NCBI GenBank assembly: GCA_019310425.1
Contig: JAFDEI010000007.1
Span: 1 to 55,724 of the forward strand
Reading direction: 5' to 3'
DNA from: Deltaproteobacteria bacterium
GTDB lineage: Bacteria; Myxococcota_A; UBA9160; SMWR01
DNA length: 55,724 nucleotides
This document shows, in pieces, positions 52,263 through 55,724 of this stretch. Made by a program: the position numbers and the translations under genes. Each line of letters begins with the position of its first letter. The stretch's first letter is position 1. The notes under the pieces are model-generated. The model was not told the DNA's origin and did not search any database. It worked only from the letters and a program-made list of their open reading frames with translations.

Positions 52263-53651
52263 CTACATGAGATCAAACTTCTTGATCCGATATCGCAGGG
52301 AATCGTAGGAGAGGTCCAACAACAGGGCTGCCTGGGTTTGATTGTCACCGGTACGTTTCAGCGCCTGCACGATGATGTCCCGCTCGAACTCCTCGAGACA
52401 GATGCCTTCTTCGGGCAGAATGAATTCCGTCGAATCCCCCGCCTCGATGGATCCCCTCTTCCTCAACACTGCGGGGAGGTGTCTGGGCTCGATCGTTTCC
52501 ACGTTCTCGAGCACAACGACCCGTTCGATGACGTTCTTCAACTCTCGACAGTTTCCCTTCCAATCGTGCGAGAACAGGATCTTCTCTACTTCCGGCGAGA
52601 AGCCCTTCATGGCCTTCTTCATATAGGTCTGGGCGAACACTTCCAGGAAATGTCTGGCGAGCAGTGGAATGTCCTCTCTTCGCTCTCGGAGCGGTGGGAT
52701 ATGCAGAAGAAACGTGTTCAACCTGTAGAACAGGTCGTTCCTGAATCTGCCAGCATTCACTGCTTCTTCCAGCACGGTGTTCGTAGTGACGATCACGGTC
52801 GCGTCGATCGGAAGATCCGTCTTCCCGCCCACTCTCCGAATCACCCTTTCCTCGAGCACCCGCAACAATTTGGCCTGAAGATTCGGCTGCATGTCTCCGA
52901 TTTCATCCAGAAGGATTGTTCCACCATTCGCCAGCTCGAACATCCCCTTCTGGTCGGATTTTGCGTCGGTGAAGGCCCCCTTCAGATGGCCGAAGAGTTC
53001 GCTTTCGAACAGCTGCTCCGGTAAAGCAGTACAGTTGACGGCTACGAACGGCGCGTGCCCACCGCCGCGACCCACGCTCAGCAAATCGTGAACGTATCTC
53101 GCCATCACCTCCTTTCCGGTTCCGGATTCACCCGTAATCAAGATATTCCGCACCCGCGCCTCCGCCAGTTTCTCCGCCCTGTCCTTGAGCTGGACCATCG
53201 CCGGAGATTCACCGATCATGCGGTCTTCAAGACTCGCCTTTCTGGATTTCCTGAGGTAGTTGACTTCCTCCAGAAGCCTTTCCTTCTCGATGGCCTTCTT
53301 GATGACCAGCTTCACCTCAGCCATGTTGAATGGCTTGGTCAGATAGTCGAATGCTCCCAACCTCAGTGCGGTGATGGCTGATTCGGCGGTATTATCGGCG
53401 GTCAGCATCACGACCTCTCCGGGAATCCCCTCCCGCTTCATCTCCTCGAGAATGTCGAGACCGCTCTTCTCTTCGTCCAGGTGAATGTCGAGAAGCACCA
53501 GATCCGGACACCAGGCGGAGATCTTGCCGATCACCTCCTCGGTACTCGTCTCGGCCATCACGTCGAAGCCTTCCTTCTTCAACGACCGGGCGAGCATCGC
53601 AGCGATGAGTTCATCGTCATCGAGTAGGAAGATTCTGCCTTTCATCGCCAT
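52263..53651 (-). CDS. Sigma-54-dependent response regulator (NtrC family: REC + AAA+ + HTH)
   Basis: 462 aa. The REC domain has LLDDD...LVLLDIHL...KP. The AAA+ domain has GESGTGKE, GAFTDA (a GAFTGA variant), ELFYRL-type (DLFYRLN) and RERREDI. The C-terminal Fis-type HTH reads NQTQAALLLDLSYDSLRYRIKKF. Confidence 0.93.
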   Translation of the reverse strand: MAMKGRIFLLDDDELIAAMLARSLKKEGFDVMAETSTEEVIGKISAWCPDLVLLDIHLDEEKSGLDILEEMKREGIPGEVVMLTADNTAESAITALRLGAFDYLTKPFNMAEVKLVIKKAIEKERLLEEVNYLRKSRKASLEDRMIGESPAMVQLKDRAEKLAEARVRNILITGESGTGKEVMARYVHDLLSVGRGGGHAPFVAVNCTALPEQLFESELFGHLKGAFTDAKSDQKGMFELANGGTILLDEIGDMQPNLQAKLLRVLEERVIRRVGGKTDLPIDATVIVTTNTVLEEAVNAGRFRNDLFYRLNTFLLHIPPLRERREDIPLLARHFLEVFAQTYMKKAMKGFSPEVEKILFSHDWKGNCRELKNVIERVVVLENVETIEPRHLPAVLRKRGSIEAGDSTEFILPEEGICLEEFERDIIVQALKRTGDNQTQAALLLDLSYDSLRYRIKKFDLM

Positions 53652-53656
53652 TTCAA

Positions 53657-55432
53657 CTACCCCACACTACCTTGCACGACAGGCAGACTGATCGTAAACG
53701 TCAATCCTCCCGTTGCGTTGTGCGCAACGTCGATGCTGCCGTTTTGCTGTTCGATGAGGCGCTTGCAGATCGGCAGCCCGAGACCCGTCCCCTTCGGCTT
53801 GGTCGTGAAGAACGGCAGGAACATGTTGCCAAGGTCCTTCTCGTCGATTCCCTTGCCGGTGTCGGAAACTACGATTCGTATGAAACCGGCGGAATCAGCG
53901 GATGTTTCCACCGAAACCTCTCCCGTTTCAGGTATTGCCTGAATCGCGTTGAGAAACAGGTTCAGGATTACCTGCTGCAGCTGCGAAGGGTCCGCCGCGA
54001 TTCGGGGGAGTCGATCGCTGAGCGCCTTGATGAATCGAATGTCCTTCGGCTTGTGCGACTTCGTCTGCTGTGCGGGGCTCTTCAGGGAAAAGACAACCGT
54101 CTTGATCGCGAACTCGATGATCCGGTTTACGTCGATTTGCGTGAATTGGGGGGCGGGAGGCATTGCGTAGCTGAGGAGATTCTTCAGCAACGTCTCGATT
54201 CGGTTGATCTCATCGATGATCCGCTGAAAGATTTCGCTGTCCTCCGGCTCCAGCTGCAGCTCGCTCGTGAGGACCTCGATGGATACCTTGATGCCGGCCA
54301 GCGGATTCTTGATCTCATGGGCCAGACCGGCGGCCATCTCGCCGACGACCACCAGTCGTTCCGCACGTTGCAGAGCTTCCTCGGCCTGCTTCCGCTCGGT
54401 GATGTCCTTGTCGAAAGCTAGAATGTATTTCTTGTCCTCGAGCACGAGCAGGCCAGCGCTGATCTCGACCGGGAAGACGGTACCGTCCTTCTTGCGGTGA
54501 GTGATCTCCGCGTCGATCCATTCTCCATCCAATACCCTTCGAATCCGGTCTTGGTTCCCCGCCGCGGCCTCGGGAGTATCCAGATCGGTGATCTTTAGAT
54601 CGAGCAGCTCCGCGACCGTGTAGCCGTGCATGTCTGCCGCAGCCTGGTTGCCGGAAACGATCCTACCGGCGTCCTCACCCTCGGCCTCCAGAAGGAAGAT
54701 CGCATCCCCCGCACCTTCGAAGAGTATTCGGTAGAGGTTTTGGCTCTCCCCCATCCTGCGGATCATCTCCTTTAGTGAGAACGCCATCTCATTGAAGGAA
54801 TCGCCCAGCTCGCCAAATTCATCCTGCAACCCTTCGATCTTGTAGTCCAGCTCGCCGGCCTTCAACCTCCTGGTCGCGTTGATGAGGGTTCCCACCGAAC
54901 CGCTGAGATCCCTGGCAAAGAACAATGCAACTGCCATGCCAAGAATCGGGCCTGCAAGAATGAGAAACGTCAGCAGCATCCTGGTCTCCGCGATGCTGTT
55001 CAACGCGCTCTCCGTTCTTTCCTCGAGTTCGTCCGATGACCCCTCGATGATCTCATCGACCTCTAGGACGATCCCCTGCCCGAAGTGGAAGGCGAGCTGC
55101 TTGTCCCTCTCCATCCTCTCAGGCGCTGCCCGCGTGGTGTAGACCCTGCTCACGGCTCCCCGATAGACCTGGATCCGATCGTATAACCCCTCCAATTGCG
55201 TTTTGGGTGGATCGGCGTGATGGCAATCGAAGCAGCCCTCGATTCCCTCCGATAGCGACTGTCCATGTTGCAGAACGGTCTGGAGATCCGCGGCGTGGGG
55301 AGAATCCTTGACCAAGAGATCCTGCTGAACGAGCTCGAGCTTCACGAGGAGGTTCTTCCTCAGGATCTCGACCTGATGGAGGGTGATGATGTTCTCGAGC
55401 TTCGTGATGACTTCGTCGATGGAGAGAGTCAA
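53657..55432 (-). CDS. Sensor histidine kinase with CxxCH-containing periplasmic loop, HAMP, PAS, HisKA, HATPase_c
   Basis: 591 aa as tracked (TTG 55432). It has CFDCHH in the extracytoplasmic segment, TM2 MLLTFLILAGPILGMAVALFFA, HAMP, PAS, the H-box LAHEIKNPL, and the N/G boxes LNLFLNAIQA, DTGKGI and GTGLGL. TM1 is encoded immediately upstream in frame (to about 55495) with no ATG/GTG/TTG, so the true 5' end is unresolved. Confidence 0.88.
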   Translation of the reverse strand: MTLSIDEVITKLENIITLHQVEILRKNLLVKLELVQQDLLVKDSPHAADLQTVLQHGQSLSEGIEGCFDCHHADPPKTQLEGLYDRIQVYRGAVSRVYTTRAAPERMERDKQLAFHFGQGIVLEVDEIIEGSSDELEERTESALNSIAETRMLLTFLILAGPILGMAVALFFARDLSGSVGTLINATRRLKAGELDYKIEGLQDEFGELGDSFNEMAFSLKEMIRRMGESQNLYRILFEGAGDAIFLLEAEGEDAGRIVSGNQAAADMHGYTVAELLDLKITDLDTPEAAAGNQDRIRRVLDGEWIDAEITHRKKDGTVFPVEISAGLLVLEDKKYILAFDKDITERKQAEEALQRAERLVVVGEMAAGLAHEIKNPLAGIKVSIEVLTSELQLEPEDSEIFQRIIDEINRIETLLKNLLSYAMPPAPQFTQIDVNRIIEFAIKTVVFSLKSPAQQTKSHKPKDIRFIKALSDRLPRIAADPSQLQQVILNLFLNAIQAIPETGEVSVETSADSAGFIRIVVSDTGKGIDEKDLGNMFLPFFTTKPKGTGLGLPICKRLIEQQNGSIDVAHNATGGLTFTISLPVVQGSVG

Positions 55433-55461
55433 GTAGAGACCACCCGTAACGAGGCACGTGG

Positions 55462-55724
55462 TCAGTACAACAAAGCCAATGAAGAGTCTTCGTATGTTTC
55501 CAGATCGATACCGACGCTCTTCGCATACTCGAATACTGCTGTGTAATCTTTTGGTGTCGCCGCTATGAACCTCGAAGCGCCAAGAACCGCCAGAATTTCC
55601 CTCTGCTCTTTTCCCTGGTCCATGCTCAACAGCGCACTCTTCAATCGCTGTTTGAGGATGGGATCGATGTTCTTTCTGAGGAAGAGGCTATTCGCAGGTA
55701 CCTCGGGGGATTTCGCCAATACCA
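55462..55724 (-). CDS. PhnD-like periplasmic substrate-binding protein, C-terminal part (5' end outside the window)
   Basis: ...PANSLFLRKNIDPILKQRLKSALLSMDQGKEQREILAVLGASRFIAATPKDYTAVFEYAKSVGIDL. This is the typical C-terminal pattern of phosphonate-type SBPs that often precede histidine kinases. The reading frame is open to the window end. Confidence 0.55.
   Translation of the reverse strand, partial: VLAKSPEVPANSLFLRKNIDPILKQRLKSALLSMDQGKEQREILAVLGASRFIAATPKDYTAVFEYAKSVGIDLETYEDSSLALLY

Noticed and set aside
1-55724. CRISPR arrays, rRNA/tRNA genes, IS elements, integrases, phage genes, toxin-antitoxin pairs
   Set aside because: I saw no regularly spaced direct repeats, no cloverleaf-capable segments in the intergenic gaps, and no ORF with transposase, integrase or phage-structural motifs on either strand. 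The only repeats are the palindromes at 8740..8909 and 28830..28851, the 13-bp tandem at 52008..52033, and the coding repeat at 31952..32017.

Overview
This is a 55.7-kb, densely coding, high-GC segment (about 65% by hand count of sample lines). It comes from a diderm bacterium, as shown by the Lpt, TolC-like and SecDF genes. The gene content includes sigma-54 with an NtrC-type activator, multihaem c-type cytochromes, bactofilin, a PEP-CTERM protein with an exosortase-like gene, and a short HprK. That fits a deltaproteobacterial or myxococcal-type lineage, but taxonomy cannot be fixed from sequence alone. I call about 55 protein genes. Many have 4-nt start/stop overlaps (GTGA/ATGA). I found no rRNA, tRNA, CRISPR array, transposase or integrase.

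Layout:
- 1-20.7 kb is housekeeping. It holds ispD-ispF-cysS-uvrB-uvrC, a TolC-like gene plus bactofilin, spoIID-like-yajC-secD-secF, metK, and the conserved lptC-lptA-lptB-rpoN-ptsN-hprK-rapZ-EIIA(Man)-ptsH block.
- 20.7-37 kb is an accessory envelope region. It holds a mini exosortase-like gene with a coupled membrane partner, two Npt1/TLC-like transporter homologues (one fused to HEAT repeats and a cNMP-binding domain), a signal-peptide-bearing dikinase-like protein, a secreted beta-lactamase-fold protein, a zinc-ribbon/NucS-like protein, an arylsulfotransferase-family protein, and two tandem GT-C-like membrane proteins.
- 37-47.5 kb holds mixed metabolic and small genes plus one PEP-CTERM protein.
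- 47.6-55.7 kb starts with a 34% GC island upstream of ilvBN. It continues with a redox module: cytochrome c' behind a sigma-54 promoter, a pentahaem cytochrome, a sigma-54 activator, and a histidine kinase with a CxxCH motif in its periplasmic loop.

The most unusual candidate is the 22.5-31.3 kb module, which pairs nucleotide-transporter homologues with an apparently exported ATP-grasp/phosphohistidine enzyme. All family assignments are motif recognition by eye, not database hits.
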